Source: a virus. Taken from it: DNA of 64,000 bases. Made by a program: the position numbers and the translations under genes. The stretch lies in IMG/VR virus record IMGVR_UViG_3300020153_000001, positions 32,001 through 96,000 of that record. One strand, given 5' to 3'. The notes beneath the pieces are model-generated. The model was not told the DNA's origin. It made no database searches and saw nothing but the letters and a program-made list of their open reading frames with translations. Of this stretch, positions 62,886 through 64,000 are shown piece by piece. Numbering within the stretch: the stretch's first letter is position 1; each line of letters begins with the position of its first letter.

Positions 62886-63872
62886 CTACCCTCCCGCAAA
62901 CGCACTGTCAACCACATCCGTGATATACAAGCTATCTAGTTTATTAATGTCTTCGGCAGATAGAGAATAACGCATAAATGTTCTAAACATTGTGTAAGCT
63001 TCCGTTTTTACAAGCGCAGATGCTGTTTTAAGCGCAACATCTGGTAATACTGAAAACGGCGAATTGAACACAATACTAGCAAGATATATCGGATCTGCTT
63101 TACTGTATATGTTACTGACGTATTCGTTCAGTATGAAAGGATTAAATAGTACTGGTAAGGTCGAATGATGCTCTGATATTAAATGTCCTGGTGGAATGTA
63201 CAGTTCCCACAAATAGGACATTGTTACAGGTCCGCGCACAGCACCTTCGTCGGATATTCCCTCTACGAACCTGAACTTCGTCCTGGCAGTGTGGTGTCGC
63301 TTAGCCTGCTTGAAATGCGTCATGTTTGCCAAATACGCCGGCAAATCGGCAAAGTCGTTAATATCACTGGAACTGGTAAATTCGCGCAAACTGGCTGTGG
63401 TCGCTTCTGTAACCTCGGCGACTGCGTTTTTCGACCGACGGCTAACGGCTTTGGCAACTAGCTGGCAAGCACAAATGACGGAGATGTTAGATTTTATCTC
63501 ATATAACTTTTGCTCGTATATTATGTCGAATATTTTTCTTATCTCTTCTTTCGATAAATATGGGAATACCTGCAAAGCTGCGAATATTGGCGCTGAACGA
63601 ATAGCAAGGTCTCGCTGCTCCGGACTTAGTCTATGAATCAGGGTCTCAAGAAGCGTCTCCGGGCAGCGCGTTGCTGCGTCTAGACGTTGTTCTTCCGTTA
63701 ATGCGCCATATCCGTAGATTACAGCCATAACGGGGTAGTCGTCGTAAGCCTTTGCTATATCTTCAACGGAACCATACAACAACGCTAGCAATACGTTACA
63801 TGAGTCTGTCTTCTTCGCCTCTTTCGGCACCACGATTTGTCGTCCTGCGACAAGTTTCGGGTCTGGCCACAT
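62886..63872 (-). CDS. Hypothetical helical protein
   Basis: 328 aa, AAGGA SD. Confidence 0.6.
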   Translation of the reverse strand: MWPDPKLVAGRQIVVPKEAKKTDSCNVLLALLYGSVEDIAKAYDDYPVMAVIYGYGALTEEQRLDAATRCPETLLETLIHRLSPEQRDLAIRSAPIFAALQVFPYLSKEEIRKIFDIIYEQKLYEIKSNISVICACQLVAKAVSRRSKNAVAEVTEATTASLREFTSSSDINDFADLPAYLANMTHFKQAKRHHTARTKFRFVEGISDEGAVRGPVTMSYLWELYIPPGHLISEHHSTLPVLFNPFILNEYVSNIYSKADPIYLASIVFNSPFSVLPDVALKTASALVKTEAYTMFRTFMRYSLSAEDINKLDSLYITDVVDSAFAGG

Positions 63873-63875
63873 CGG

Positions 63876-64000
63876 TCATTTCCTTTTTAAGTGCGGAAAT
63901 AGGTCGTCTAGCATAACATATTGTACCCAGTCTGGAATCTGCCAGTGATCCGGCTTTGTTATAACCGCAATAACCTTCGTCGTTTTCGGCTCTTCGCCCC
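63876..64000 (-). CDS. Partial CDS (3' end; begins beyond the window)
   Basis: ...EEPKTTKVIAVITKPDHWQIPDWVQYVMLDDLFPHLKRK-stop. Confidence 0.5.
   Translation of the reverse strand, partial: GEEPKTTKVIAVITKPDHWQIPDWVQYVMLDDLFPHLKRK

Noticed and set aside
1-64000. Alternative genetic code or stop-codon recoding
   Set aside because: Standard-code ORFs tile densely, all three stops end genes, and no suppressor tRNA was found

Overview
This window looks like part of a large (jumbo-type) myovirus-like phage genome, read with the standard code and mostly on the - strand. No host housekeeping context is visible. Left to right it holds: (1) a head module, 1-4.3 kb (partial major capsid protein missing from the ORF track, decoration-like protein, acidic scaffold-like protein, prohead-protease-like protein); (2) probable virion/internal proteins rich in low-complexity repeats, glycine-zipper helices and a recurrent K-x-A motif; (3) a bacterial-type RNA polymerase split unusually into a beta+beta'(N) fusion (25833-30191) and a separate beta'(C) (16559-18412), with three paralogous HExxH zincins between them; (4) a regulatory/accessory region, 33-42 kb, with a duplicated covarying structured RNA, two compact tRNA-Thr-like genes, iteron-like repeats, csrA and tmRNA; (5) two radical SAM genes and four glycosyltransferase genes beside a Cys-repeat/Ser-rich protein and baseplate genes; (6) a sigma-70-family factor, a lone csx15-like gene, an HD hydrolase, tRNA-Arg(UCU) and tRNA-Ile(UAU). 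The most striking signal is a perfect 20-bp palindrome, TTTTGACTCCGGAGTCAAAA, found 18 times (17 exact) at gene junctions, where it can also act as stop codon, Shine-Dalgarno or the peptide LTPESK. All product calls come from motif recognition by eye; no database search was run, so novelty is unverified.
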